Part shown: piece after piece, positions 29,536-39,566 of the stretch | Numbering within the stretch: position 1 is the stretch's first letter | How the letters are laid out: each line of letters starts with the position of its first letter | Assembly (NCBI GenBank): GCA_963666735.1 | Contig: OY762926.1 | Coordinates: 2,400,001-2,464,000, forward strand | Direction of reading: 5' to 3' | DNA length: 64,000 nucleotides | DNA from: Gemmatimonadota bacterium | GTDB lineage: Bacteria; Gemmatimonadota; Gemmatimonadetes; Palauibacterales; Palauibacteraceae | Notes under the pieces: model-generated | What the model saw: only the letters and a program-made list of their open reading frames with translations | Databases searched by the model: none | What the model was told of the DNA's origin: nothing | Program-made: the position numbers and the translations under genes

Positions 29536-30673
29536 ACGAGGCGGAGGGGCCGGAGGGTCTGCGTGACGGGCGAGTGGCGGGAGGCTCGCACCGTCGCGCA
29601 CCGGGTTCGGAGGTGGCGGCGCTGGAGGCGCTGTACCGGCAGGGGTACGAGGGCTGGAGCGCGCGGCACTTCCACGAGCGGTACGTGGAGGATCACGGCG
29701 GGAGGCGGTCGTACACGTGGGTGAAGAACCGCCTGCGGGCGGCCGGTCTTGTGAAGCGTGGCCGGCGTCGCGGCCGAAACCGGCTGAGGCGGCCGCGGAA
29801 GCCCCTGGAGGGGCTGATGGTGCACCGGGACGGCTCGACGCACGAGTGGGTGCCGGGGCGGGCGTGGGATCTCATCGTGACGTCGGACGACGCGACGGGG
29901 CGGGTGTACTCCGGGTTCTGCGTGGAGGAGGAGGGGACTTGGTCGAGCTTCCGGGGCGTGCGCGAGACGGTGGAGGCGAAGGGGGTGTTCGCGAGCCTGT
30001 ACACGGACCGGGGGTCTCACTACCGGCACACGCCGAAGGCCGGGGGGAAGGTGGACAAGGGGAAGCCGACCCAGTTCGGGCGGGCGATGGGGGAGCTGGG
30101 GATCGAGATGATTCCGTGGTACTCGCCGCGGGCGCGGGGGCGGTGCGAGCGCCTGTTCCGGACGCTTCAGGGACTGTCTGCCCAACGAGCTGGCCCGCGA
30201 GGGGATCGCGGACGTGGAGGGGGCCAACGAGTACCTGAACGGGTACTGGCCGCGGTTCAACGCGGCGTTCGGGGTGGAGGCGGCCGGGGACGGGACGGCG
30301 TTCGTGCCGCTGCCGGAGGTGGGGCTGGACGACATCCCGTGCCTGCGGGAGACGCGGACGGTCGGCAACGACAACTGCGCGTCGTACGATGGCGGGCGGC
30401 TCCGGGATCGAGCCCCAACCGCACCGGATCCACTACGTCCGGGCGAAGGTTCGGGTGCACGAGTACGAGGACGGGAGTCTGGCGGTGTTCCACGAGACGC
30501 TCCGCCTGGGCCGCTACGACCGGGAGGGATGTCCGCCGGGTGCCCTCAACGGGGCGAAGGGGCATCGTCGTGAGGCGGCCCATGGCACCCGCTCCGGCTC
30601 GTCTCCGCAGCCACGATGTTCAAACCGGACATGTTACGTGCTACAAAACCGGACAACTTCATTGCTCCTTACA
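29536..30673 (+). mobile_element. 5'-truncated, frameshifted ISNCY/IS1202-type element, distinct from the 17.2 kb element
   Basis: DGSTHEW, DDATG, EEEGTWSS, YTDRGSHY, TQFGRAM; frameshifts near 30175 and 30400; end with repeated AAACCGGACA finishing ...CCTTACA. Confidence 0.8.
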
Positions 30674-30843
30674 CTGATCCTAGCGGCGGTGCTGACGCCT
30701 GGGTTAGCGTAGTAGATAGGTAACTGCCACGTTTGAATTTGCGTATCTGCTGCGATGCGACGCGAGTCGGCAGAGCGGAACCGCCGGGCGGTCCATCGGG
30801 TGTCCGCAACGCGATTGAAGGTCCTAACAGGAGGGAATCGCTC

Positions 30844-31080
30844 ATGAGTGTGAGAACCAAGCTGTCGTTTCTTGGAGTTGTTCTCGCGGCGCTACTCTGG
30901 GGCGGAGGCGTCGTTGCAGGTCAAATTCGGGCACCGGTGGCCGAGCTGGATCGGACAGATGACGCGGCTAGACCGCTATGCTGTGCACTGGCACATCGGC
31001 CAGATTGTTGCACGGTCGCGATCAGATGCCTGCCGGGCGACACGTGCTGCACGTGTGGGTCTCCTTGCCGTCCAGGCTAG
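30844..31080 (+). CDS. Secreted cysteine-rich miniprotein P4 (78 aa, 9 Cys)
   Basis: AGGAGG RBS; signal peptide; spacer; CC-x7-CC-x5-C-x5-CC-x-C-x3-C. Confidence 0.75.
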   Translation: MSVRTKLSFLGVVLAALLWGGGVVAGQIRAPVAELDRTDDAARPLCCALAHRPDCCTVAIRCLPGDTCCTCGSPCRPG

Positions 31081-32348
31081 TCGCGCTAACCGCCTGCGCC
31101 TTCCTTGCCGGAGGCGCCGTCGCAGTAGCGGGCTGCGACCCCGGCGGCCGTGGCGAATGGGCGGGAACGGAGTACGACAGCGTCGGCGTCAGGGTCGTGG
31201 CCAATCCCCTGGTTGCCCTCTGGACCCGAAGCACTGCCTGGCGCGTCGAGCGCGACCTCACAATTGGGACGGACACTGGTCTGCCGGAATACGAGTTCGG
31301 TCGGGTTGTGGATGTGGATGTGGGTCGCGATGGGATGATCTACGCGCTGGACCAGATGTCAGCTCAGGTGCGGGTCTTTGATTCAAGGGGTGAACATCTC
31401 TTCTCCTTTGGCGGCTTGGGGGAAGGCCCTGGGGAACTGAGCAATCACGACCCGCTCGGTGCCCTGGCGGTGCTTGCCGATTCCGGGGGCGACTTGCTCG
31501 TCGTTGATCGCGTAAACAACCGACTGAATCGGTTCACGGGCGATGGCGAGTTTCTGGGATATGTGGACTTGGGTGTCCAGAGCGGCGAGGTCGAGCCCAT
31601 CGCTTCGGGGATCCTGCCGAATGGCGACTATCTCGTGCATCGCGTGGTCCGCGATCGGTGGAACGGAATCCTGCGGGTCGACCCACATGAAGGTCCAACC
31701 CTGGACACGCTATTGGCGTTCTCCCTCCAGCCGAGTGCGTGGGGACTCACACGGAGGAACGAGCAGGGACGCACGGAGGCCCTCATGCACTCACCGCTTT
31801 GGTCGATATTACCGGACGGCCGGCTGGTAGCCGGACGATCCGATCAGTCGTCCTTTCAGGTGTGGGGACCCGGCAAGCGGCTGAAAATGGTGGTAAGGAG
31901 ACATGAGCCCAACCCCATTCTCTCCGAATCGGGCCAGGAACGCTATCTGGATCGCCTGATGGAGATCTGGGAGACGATGTTCAGAGACGAGGGGGAGTCG
32001 GAGGAATGGATAGCTCAGCAAGTCCGGCGCGGACGGCAAGTCTACATACCTCCAGTGCGACTACCGGCGGTTACGGGCTTCGCGGGGGGACCCGAGGGGA
32101 CGATCTGGGTGAGGGCGGCGAGACCGGTCGAACTGATGACCTCACACGTCCTCTACGCACGTCCTCCCGTGCGCGAGTTCTGGTCACGGAATTGGGAGGT
32201 CTTCTCCGCCGACGGTCGGCTCCTGGGTACTGTTGTGCTGCCCCCGAGATTCACTCTTTTCAGGATTCGGGGGGATTACATCTACGGCGTGGAAGAGGAC
32301 GATTTCGATGTTCAGCGTGTTGTACGCTTACGGCTCCAGACTCACTGA
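31053..32348 (+). CDS. 6-bladed beta-propeller lipoprotein
   Basis: Lipobox VAGC; DSVGVRVVAN; FGGLGEGPGEL; W.VFSADGRLLG.V.LP; EDDFDVQRVVRLR; start uncertain, overlaps P4 end. Confidence 0.8.
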   Translation: MWVSLPSRLVALTACAFLAGGAVAVAGCDPGGRGEWAGTEYDSVGVRVVANPLVALWTRSTAWRVERDLTIGTDTGLPEYEFGRVVDVDVGRDGMIYALDQMSAQVRVFDSRGEHLFSFGGLGEGPGELSNHDPLGALAVLADSGGDLLVVDRVNNRLNRFTGDGEFLGYVDLGVQSGEVEPIASGILPNGDYLVHRVVRDRWNGILRVDPHEGPTLDTLLAFSLQPSAWGLTRRNEQGRTEALMHSPLWSILPDGRLVAGRSDQSSFQVWGPGKRLKMVVRRHEPNPILSESGQERYLDRLMEIWETMFRDEGESEEWIAQQVRRGRQVYIPPVRLPAVTGFAGGPEGTIWVRAARPVELMTSHVLYARPPVREFWSRNWEVFSADGRLLGTVVLPPRFTLFRIRGDYIYGVEEDDFDVQRVVRLRLQTH

Positions 32349-32489
32349 CTCGCGAAGATTGCGACCGGTGCTTCTCACCATCACGAGCCATGAGCAGGCG
32401 CAAGCCCACAACGGCTTGGTCGATACCGGCATGGATGAAGATGACCGGAGGTCGGGCTGGACGTACTCGCGAACGCGAGTTGCCTTCAC

Positions 32490-33420
32490 CCGCTGCCGGG
32501 CCCAGGCGGTCGCGAATCTCACGAACCACGCGGCACCGGCCGAGCGCAGCAGGCCCCGGGCCTCGCGCTGGGCCGCCGGAGCGGCGGAGGGCGAGAGCGT
32601 TCCGGGCAGCAGCAGCGGTCCGGTGTACGTTCGGCAGCGATAGAGATCGCCCTTGAAGAAGGCGCATTGCGCCTGGTTCAGGAGCGCGCAGGCCTCGTCC
32701 GCCTCCGAACTCTCGAGCACCTCGTCCAGCTCCCGGCAACTGCGCAGACGTTCGAGGGCGGCATCGAAGTCGCCGAGTTCGAGCAGGACCGCGCCGTGGT
32801 TGTTGAGGCTGGCCGATCCGTACCGGTTTTCCTCCGGTGGTCCGGCGGCGGCCGGAACAGCCAGGGCGTCCCGGAGACGGGGCCCGCGCATCGCGGACCC
32901 AGAACTCGGCGGCCGCGCTGGTCCTGCCGCCCTCATAGCCCAGAAGGACGAGGCGGCGGCGGCACTTCTCGAGCAACAGCCTTGCCTCGCTCCGGGTCCC
33001 CCGCCGGGCGAATTCGCCGAAGACGAGTCGAAAGGCGCGGCACCATGTGCCTGCGAAGAGGACGTCTTCGGGGGAGAGGGAGAGCAGCATCCGGCGGAGG
33101 GTCTCGAACGCCGCCGCGCGGCGGGGCCCGGATTCGTTCCCACCGCCCGGAGGACCTGGAGCTGCAGCGCGACCGCGTGGCGTAGCGGATCCTCGGTAGC
33201 GTGCTCGCGTGCCTCCTCCAGCCAGCGATACTGAAGGTCGCGCGCAAAGGCGTCTCCAGAGGCGGTCGCGGCCCTCGCCAACGCGAGGTGGACCCGGCCC
33301 AGGTCGCTCCCGGCTTCGACGATGGCCGCGATCTGGTGGCGCACGGCGGTCGCCCGGCGATGGCGTCCCCGCTGCAGTTCGGCGTCGGCGAGCAGGAGGC
33401 CGGAGCGCAAGCGGCCCGCG
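32490..33420 (-). pseudogene. Degenerate 3' copy of the BTAD/TPR regulator
   Basis: RSGLLLADAELQRGR, ACALLNQAQCAFFKGD, REARGLLRSAGAAWFVRFA match the 25382-28399 C-terminus across shifting frames; N-terminal half missing. Confidence 0.85.
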
Positions 33421-33462
33421 ACACAGGTGGCGTGCTCGGGGGAGTGGAAGGCCAGCCGTTGG

Positions 33463-34430
33463 CTACTTCGTCTAGATCACGACGGCGCCGCAGCGGGAAT
33501 CGGAGCCGGAGAACTCGGCCGGGAGTCCCGCCGCCCCCACGTAGACCTCCAGCCCGGCGTTCTTCGCTTCCGCGACCATGTGCGTGATGCGGAGGGGTGC
33601 CCAGCGCTCGATGTCCGCCGCCGTGAAGTACGTGCCGTTACCGGTCAAGTCCCCCCAGTACTTGCGTTCGTAGAAGCCGTTGACCTCCAGGCGGCGCGGT
33701 CTCGTCGCGGTCGCGACCAGCGGCTCCAACTCCACGGGGTCCGGCGACAGGCCGATGTCGACCTCTGTGGTGAGGCCTCGTGTCACGGTGACCGGGTACG
33801 TCAGCGCAGCGTATCCGAGGTGCCGCACCGAGAGTTCGTGCGCGCCGACGGGGAGCCCACTGAGGGCAAAGCGGCCCCGTCGGTCGCTGGCGACCACCTC
33901 CGGGCGACCCGTGATGGAGACCGCTGCCGTGGCGACGGGCTGATCGGTCCGTGCATCTCGAACCTGGCCTGCGAGCCGCCCGGTTCTCGTCTCTCCGAAC
34001 AGGAGCCGGAGTTGGACCTCGTGCGCCACGCCGGGTTCGAACGTGACGACCGCCTCCTCGCTCGATGCGTCGCCGACTCGGCCCACAGAGTGGCCTGCCT
34101 GGCGTCTCCGGGGACACGGAGGAAGAAGCGCCCATCTGAATCGGCGGCTTCGCGCACGGGTCTTCGAACCGCGTCCGCCCAACGCAAGACGACCGTGGCG
34201 CGGGGGACCCGAATAAGCTCGGGCTCGTCGCTGACCGTGACGACAAGCGCGGCTCGGTCACCGCAGTCCTCCGCCTCCTGTTGCACAACTTGCGAAGAGA
34301 CGGCGGAATCCGCGCCGATCGCGAGCGCCAGGGCGGTCGATGCCGCCATCGGCAACGAGCGCGCTACCGACCGTCGCAGGCCCCGGGAATGGCGTGACGG
34401 ACAGCTTCGCCGTTCGTCGTGAATGGGCAT
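33463..34430 (-). pseudogene. Carboxypeptidase-regulatory-like/plug protein pseudogene
   Basis: Frameshift near 34080; GFYER; shortened plug; CGAVVI*TK with TAG where copy A (28579-28599) has TGG. Confidence 0.8.
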
Positions 34431-34503
34431 TCCTGCCTCCTGTCGCACTCGTACTCGCTCATACGTCCATACGCCACGAAGCGGCGAGAGTTCACGGGAA
34501 GGG

Positions 34504-34809
34504 CTACAGGGGGGGCTGGATTTCGTCCGGAGCCGCGAGACCCTCGTGGATCGCCTCCTCGATCTCGTCGAGCATGTCCGGCCACTCGAGCGCGGGGTTC
34601 TTCGTCACGGTGATGAAGTTCTCGACGATGAGCAGGGCGCGAACCCCGTCCACCTCGAACAGGCGGGCGGCCAACGGGTCCCCGGCGGCGGATTCGGGGT
34701 CAAAATAGCTTCGGCTCCCCTCGCCCGGAATGTCGCGGTCGAGCACGAACTTCGCCGCGTGCGGATTCGGGGTTCCCTCGACGGTGATCTGGATGCCGGG
34801 GTCTGTCAT
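34504..34809 (-). CDS. NifU/Nfu N-terminal domain protein, copy B
   Basis: Two amino-acid differences from copy A. Confidence 0.85.
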   Translation of the reverse strand: MTDPGIQITVEGTPNPHAAKFVLDRDIPGEGSRSYFDPESAAGDPLAARLFEVDGVRALLIVENFITVTKNPALEWPDMLDEIEEAIHEGLAAPDEIQPPL

Positions 34810-34943
34810 CGGGTCCGGAGTTGGTGGCGGTGGATGCGATCCGTTTGAGTATCGGCAGGCTGGGCTTGCTCGCAAGGCCTCCTTGCCCGGACATCCTCCC
34901 GCGGGCACGATGCGAACGCGGACCCACCGACCCTGGATGATCC

Positions 34944-37751
34944 ATGATCGCTCACAGGCAACGCGGACTCGGCGCCGTCCTTCCGGTGGCGGCGCTGGCG
35001 GGCCTCGCGGGGGCCACCGCGGCGGCGGCGCAATCGGGCCCCGCCGGGCGGGCGCCGGATCGCGTCCTCGCCTTCCCCGCCCCGGTCGGAGAGGAACGGC
35101 TGGACGTGGACCGCGGAGCCGTGGGGGCCTGGCACCGGATCCGCAAGCTCGCCACGACGGCCAGCCTGCTCCACGTCACCGCCCACCCGGACGACGAGCA
35201 CGCCGGCATGCTCGCCCTGGCCAGCCGGGGGTGGGGCGCCCGGACGGCGCTGCTCAGCCTCAACCGCGGCGAGGCCGGCGCGAACGCGATCGGCCCGGAA
35301 CTCTTCGACGCCCTCGGCCTCATCCGGACCCGCGAACTCGTCCTTTCCGGCCGCTACTACGGTCTGGACGACCTCTACTTCACGACGGCGGTCGACTACG
35401 GCTACTCGAAGTCGGTGGACGAAGCCTTTCGGAGCTGGGACCGCGAGGCGGTGCTCGAGGACATGGTCCGCGTCATCCGCATCAACCGCCCGCTCGTCGT
35501 CGTGAGCCGCTTCCACGGATCGACGCGAGACGGGCACGGCCACCACCACGCGGCGGGGCTGCTCACGCCGGAAGCCGTGGCCGCGGCCGCGGACCCGACG
35601 CGCTTTCCGCACCAGATCACGGAAGAGGGGCTCCGGCCCTGGCGGGTCCTCCGCACGTTTCGGGGAGGGGTTCGAATCGGCGAGCCCTACGATGTGGAGG
35701 TGGATGCGTCCGGGATGAGCCCGTGGCTCGGTGACACCTGGCAACGCTGGGCCAGCCGGGGTCTCGGCCTGCAGCGCTCCCAGACGGCGGGGCGCGTGCG
35801 AACGGGCGGCGGCCGCTATCTCTACGAGCACCTCGACGGAACCGGCGGCGGGGCCGCGGCGACGGCCGAGACCGGGGATTCGTTCTTCGCGGGGCTCGAC
35901 ACGACGCTGAGGGGGCTCCCGGCGCTCCTGGCCGAAGCGGCCTCTCCGGAGGCGGATTCGCTGCTCGCCGAACTGGACGGCCTCGTCGGCGCCGTGGCGG
36001 CGGCCTTCGACTTCCGGGACCCGGAGCGCGCCGTTGCCGACATGGCTCGCGGGCTGGGATGGATCCGGGCGGCGATCGCCGCGCTGCCGGACGCTCCGGA
36101 GACCCGGTTTCACCTCTCGCTGAAGGAACGGCAGTTCGAGGACGCCCTTCTGGCGGCGAGCGGAACCACCGTGTCCGCGGAACTTGCGGGCGGCCCGGCC
36201 GGCAGTGGCCCGGCCGGCAGCGGCGAGGCCGTCCTGACGCCGGGCCAGCGCGCCGCGATCCGCCTTCGGATCGAGCCGCCGGAATCCGTGGAGGGCGCCG
36301 GGGTCGCGGCCCGGATCGTGAGCCGCGGCGAGGTTTTGACGCCGTCGAACCGCGTCGCCCTCCAGCCGGATGGCTCGACGGAGCCGCTCGAGGTGCGGGT
36401 TCCGGCTACGCCCGCCGCACCGTACTTCGGGCGCGGGGACGTGTCGGAGAACCACTACCAGGTGTCCGACTCGGCGGACCTTCACCTCCCGTGGCGGCGG
36501 CCGGCGCTGGCGGCGGAGCTCGAACTCGCCATCGGGGAACACGTCATGGCGCGCACGGTGCCGGTGACGGCCCCCGTCTCGCGTCTTCCCTACGGCTCCG
36601 TGACGCGGACGGTGGAGACGCTGCCCGCCCTCTCCGTTTCCCTGGCGCCGGGCGTGGGCATCGTCCCCGTCGAGGCCGCGGGTAGCGGCAGCGGCTCGCC
36701 CGGGGAACCGGCCGCGACGCCGCTGGAAGTGCGAGCGCGGGTCGTGGCGAACGCGGCGCCGCTCTCCGCCACCGTGCGCCTCGAGTTGCCGGAGGGGTGG
36801 AGCCTGATTTCCGGCGCTCCCGGCACTCCCGGCACTCCTGGCACGGTCGAGCACGAGTTCCGCAGTCCGGGCGAGACCATGGACGCGGCGTTCCTCATCG
36901 CGCCTCCAGCCGGCTGGCGAGGCGAAGCGGAGATCGCGGCCGTGGCCCGCGCGCTGGGAGTGGACTATCGCCGAGGGTACCGGACCATCGAGCACCGGGA
37001 CCTGCCGCTCGCGCGGCTGTGGCGCCCCGCGCGGTCCACGGTGCGGTCCGTGGGCGTCGCCCGGCTCGACGGCGTCCGGGTCGGCTACGTGATGGGGGTC
37101 GGCGATGAAGTCCCGGCCGGGATCGAGGCGCTCGGCGCCACGGTCGAACTCCTGGACGAAGCCGCTCTCGCGGAGCTGGATCCGGCCGTCGGCACGGGTT
37201 CCGGCGGGGAGGCGGGGTTCCACGCGATCGTCGTGGGCACCCGCGCCTACGCCGTGCGCGAAGACCTCGTCGAGCACAACCAGCGTCTCCTGGAGTACGC
37301 CCGCCGGGGCGGGCACCTCGTCGTCCTCTACCAGACTCAGGAGTACGTGCCCTCCGAGATGGCGCCGTATCCGGCTTCCCTCCCGCGGGGAGCGGAAGAA
37401 GTGTCGGAGGAGGACGCGCCCGTCCGCCTGCTCCGGCCCGGCCACCCGTTGATGGCGGCGCCCAACCGCATCGCCGAAACCGATTTCGACGGGTGGATCG
37501 AGCAGCGCGGCTCCAAGTTCTTCTCCGCCTGGGATCCGGCCTACACGCCGCTCGTGGAGACGCACGACACGGGCCAGGCTCCGCAGGAAGGCGTGTGGCT
37601 CACGGCCCCCGTGGGCGAGGGGCGCTACACCTATCTCGCGCTCGCCCTCCACCGGCAGTTGCCGTACGGCGTGCCTGGCAGCTACCGCATCCTCTCCAAC
37701 GTCCTCACGCCTCGCGCGGCATCGACGCCCGCGCCCGATGGGGACCGCTGA
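34944..37751 (+). CDS. Exported PIG-L/LmbE-family deacetylase with long C-terminal extension
   Basis: AHPDDE, RGEAGAN, RTREL, DYGYSKS, HGHH; VGYVMGVGDEVP; FDGWIEQRG; RQLP.GVPG.YR. Confidence 0.9.
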   Translation: MIAHRQRGLGAVLPVAALAGLAGATAAAAQSGPAGRAPDRVLAFPAPVGEERLDVDRGAVGAWHRIRKLATTASLLHVTAHPDDEHAGMLALASRGWGARTALLSLNRGEAGANAIGPELFDALGLIRTRELVLSGRYYGLDDLYFTTAVDYGYSKSVDEAFRSWDREAVLEDMVRVIRINRPLVVVSRFHGSTRDGHGHHHAAGLLTPEAVAAAADPTRFPHQITEEGLRPWRVLRTFRGGVRIGEPYDVEVDASGMSPWLGDTWQRWASRGLGLQRSQTAGRVRTGGGRYLYEHLDGTGGGAAATAETGDSFFAGLDTTLRGLPALLAEAASPEADSLLAELDGLVGAVAAAFDFRDPERAVADMARGLGWIRAAIAALPDAPETRFHLSLKERQFEDALLAASGTTVSAELAGGPAGSGPAGSGEAVLTPGQRAAIRLRIEPPESVEGAGVAARIVSRGEVLTPSNRVALQPDGSTEPLEVRVPATPAAPYFGRGDVSENHYQVSDSADLHLPWRRPALAAELELAIGEHVMARTVPVTAPVSRLPYGSVTRTVETLPALSVSLAPGVGIVPVEAAGSGSGSPGEPAATPLEVRARVVANAAPLSATVRLELPEGWSLISGAPGTPGTPGTVEHEFRSPGETMDAAFLIAPPAGWRGEAEIAAVARALGVDYRRGYRTIEHRDLPLARLWRPARSTVRSVGVARLDGVRVGYVMGVGDEVPAGIEALGATVELLDEAALAELDPAVGTGSGGEAGFHAIVVGTRAYAVREDLVEHNQRLLEYARRGGHLVVLYQTQEYVPSEMAPYPASLPRGAEEVSEEDAPVRLLRPGHPLMAAPNRIAETDFDGWIEQRGSKFFSAWDPAYTPLVETHDTGQAPQEGVWLTAPVGEGRYTYLALALHRQLPYGVPGSYRILSNVLTPRAASTPAPDGDR

Positions 37752-37754
37752 CGG

Positions 37755-39566
37755 GTGGCGCTGACCACGCTCGACTGGATCGTCGTCTGCGTGTACGGCG
37801 CGATCGTCCTCGCCATCGGGTTCGGCTTCGCCAGGCGGGCGAGCGGCAGCATCGAGGATTACTTCATCGCCGGCCGCTCGCTTCCCTGGTGGCTCGCCGG
37901 CACGTCCATCGCGGCCACGTGGTTCGCGACGGACGCCCCGCTCGCGACGGCCGCCCTCGTGCGCCGTCAGGGCGTGTACGGCAACTGGCTGTGGTGGTAC
38001 GAGGCGGCGGGGATCCTCATGCTCACCTTCTTCTACGCGCGCCTGTGGCGGCGGGCGGGCGTCCTCACGGACGCGGAGGTCATCGAGATCCGCTACGGCG
38101 GCGCCCCGGCCCGCGCCCTGCGCTGCTTTTCCGCGGTGTACCAGGGACTCCTCAAGAACGCCGTCGTCATGGGCTGGGTCATGCTGGCGATGGTGAAGTT
38201 CAGCCAGGTGCTCCTGGGGTGGGACCCCGCGCTGACCCTGACTGTCTGCATCGGACTCGCGCTGGCCTACACGGTCGCGTCGGGACTTTGGGGCGTCGTC
38301 GTGACCGACCTCCTCCAGTTCGTCGCCGGCATGCTCGGGGCGATGACCCTGGCCGGGATCGTGCTCACGCGCTTCGGCGGCCCGGCGGCGATGGCCGAGG
38401 CCGTGCGCAACGTTCCGGAGGCGCCGCCGGGCGCCCTCGATCTCGTGCCGTCGGCCGCGACCGCGTCCTCGCTCGAGATCGTCTCCTTCCTGTGCCTCAT
38501 CGGCGTCCTCTGGCTGAGAAGCGGACAGGGCGACGGCTACGTGGCCCAGCGCCTGTTCGCCACGCGGGACGAGCGGCAGGCCGTGAAGGCCTCGCTGTGG
38601 TTCGCCTTCGCGGGAACGGTGCTCCTCACCTGGCCCTGGATCGTGGTGGGACTCGGGTCGCTCCTCGTCTTCCCGCCGGGGACGATGGAGCCGGCGCTCG
38701 CCGCCGACCCCGAACTCGCCTATCCGATGATGATCCGGGAACTCATGCCGGCCGGGCTCAGGGGGCTGATGGTCGCCACCTTCCTGGCCGCGTTCATGAG
38801 CACGATGGACACGCACCTGTGCTGGGGGGCGTCGTACATGGTGAACGACGTCTACCGCCGCTTTCTGAGGAAGGACCGCTCCGAGCGGCACTACGTCGCG
38901 GCGTCGCGGATCATGGTCGTGCTGCTCGCGGTGGTCGCCGCGGGCGTGGCGTGGCAGATGGATTCGATCCAGCGAGGGTGGATCTACATCATCGAACTCA
39001 CGGCGGGGGTCGCGCTCGTCTGGCTCCTGCGCTGGTACTGGTGGCGGGTGAACGCGTGGGCCGAGATCGCCGCCATGGCCGGTTCGGTGCTCCTGGCCAA
39101 CGGGCGCCTCCTGCTCGGCGCGCTCGAGCCGGTCCTTCCCGCTGCGGCGATCCGCGCCGTCGACGGCTTCTACGCGCCGGAGATGGACCTCATCCGGGGG
39201 GTGATCATCCTCGTCGCGTGCACCGCGCTCTGGCTGGGCGTCGTGCTTGCCACCCGGCCCGAGTCGGACGAAGTGCTGGACCGCTTCTACCGGCGGGTGC
39301 ACCCGGGCGGCTGGTGGGACCGTGTCGCGGAGCGCACCGGCGTCCGCTCCTCCGACCCGCCCGCGAGCCGCATGTGGCCGGGCTTCCTGCTCGGCGCGCT
39401 CTTCGTCTACGCCAGCCTCCTCGGCATCGGACACCTGCTCACGGGCCGGGCCGGCACGGGCTCGCTCCTGCTCGTCGTGTCGCTGGCGGCGGGCGCCATC
39501 ACCGTCCGGATCGCGCACGCCGACACACCCGCAGCGCCCCCGGGGGCCTCGGGGACGTCACCGTGA
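37755..39566 (+). CDS. Sodium:solute symporter family protein
   Basis: DYFIAGRSLPWWLAGTS, GLWGVVVTD..Q, AQR, AAFMST. Confidence 0.92.
   Translation: MALTTLDWIVVCVYGAIVLAIGFGFARRASGSIEDYFIAGRSLPWWLAGTSIAATWFATDAPLATAALVRRQGVYGNWLWWYEAAGILMLTFFYARLWRRAGVLTDAEVIEIRYGGAPARALRCFSAVYQGLLKNAVVMGWVMLAMVKFSQVLLGWDPALTLTVCIGLALAYTVASGLWGVVVTDLLQFVAGMLGAMTLAGIVLTRFGGPAAMAEAVRNVPEAPPGALDLVPSAATASSLEIVSFLCLIGVLWLRSGQGDGYVAQRLFATRDERQAVKASLWFAFAGTVLLTWPWIVVGLGSLLVFPPGTMEPALAADPELAYPMMIRELMPAGLRGLMVATFLAAFMSTMDTHLCWGASYMVNDVYRRFLRKDRSERHYVAASRIMVVLLAVVAAGVAWQMDSIQRGWIYIIELTAGVALVWLLRWYWWRVNAWAEIAAMAGSVLLANGRLLLGALEPVLPAAAIRAVDGFYAPEMDLIRGVIILVACTALWLGVVLATRPESDEVLDRFYRRVHPGGWWDRVAERTGVRSSDPPASRMWPGFLLGALFVYASLLGIGHLLTGRAGTGSLLLVVSLAAGAITVRIAHADTPAAPPGASGTSP

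Noticed and set aside
30692..30720. Promoter for P4 (CTGACG 18 nt from the IS end)
   Set aside because: Weak -35 and no -10 at 16-18 nt spacing, so not counted as a third case of promoter targeting.
14673..32348. Classical RiPP cluster (lanthipeptide, ranthipeptide, sactipeptide, DUF692) for the Cys-rich peptides
   Set aside because: No radical SAM, LanM/LanBC, YcaO, DUF692 or peptidase-ABC gene is visible in the window; leaders are Sec-type and the linked enzyme is DsbA-like. Modification in trans is not excluded.
34806..39518. 1570-aa minus-strand ORF and other long antisense ORFs (5667-7769, 24467-26887, 50623-52974)
   Set aside because: They shadow clear genes on the opposite strand; expected in high-GC DNA and carry no motifs.
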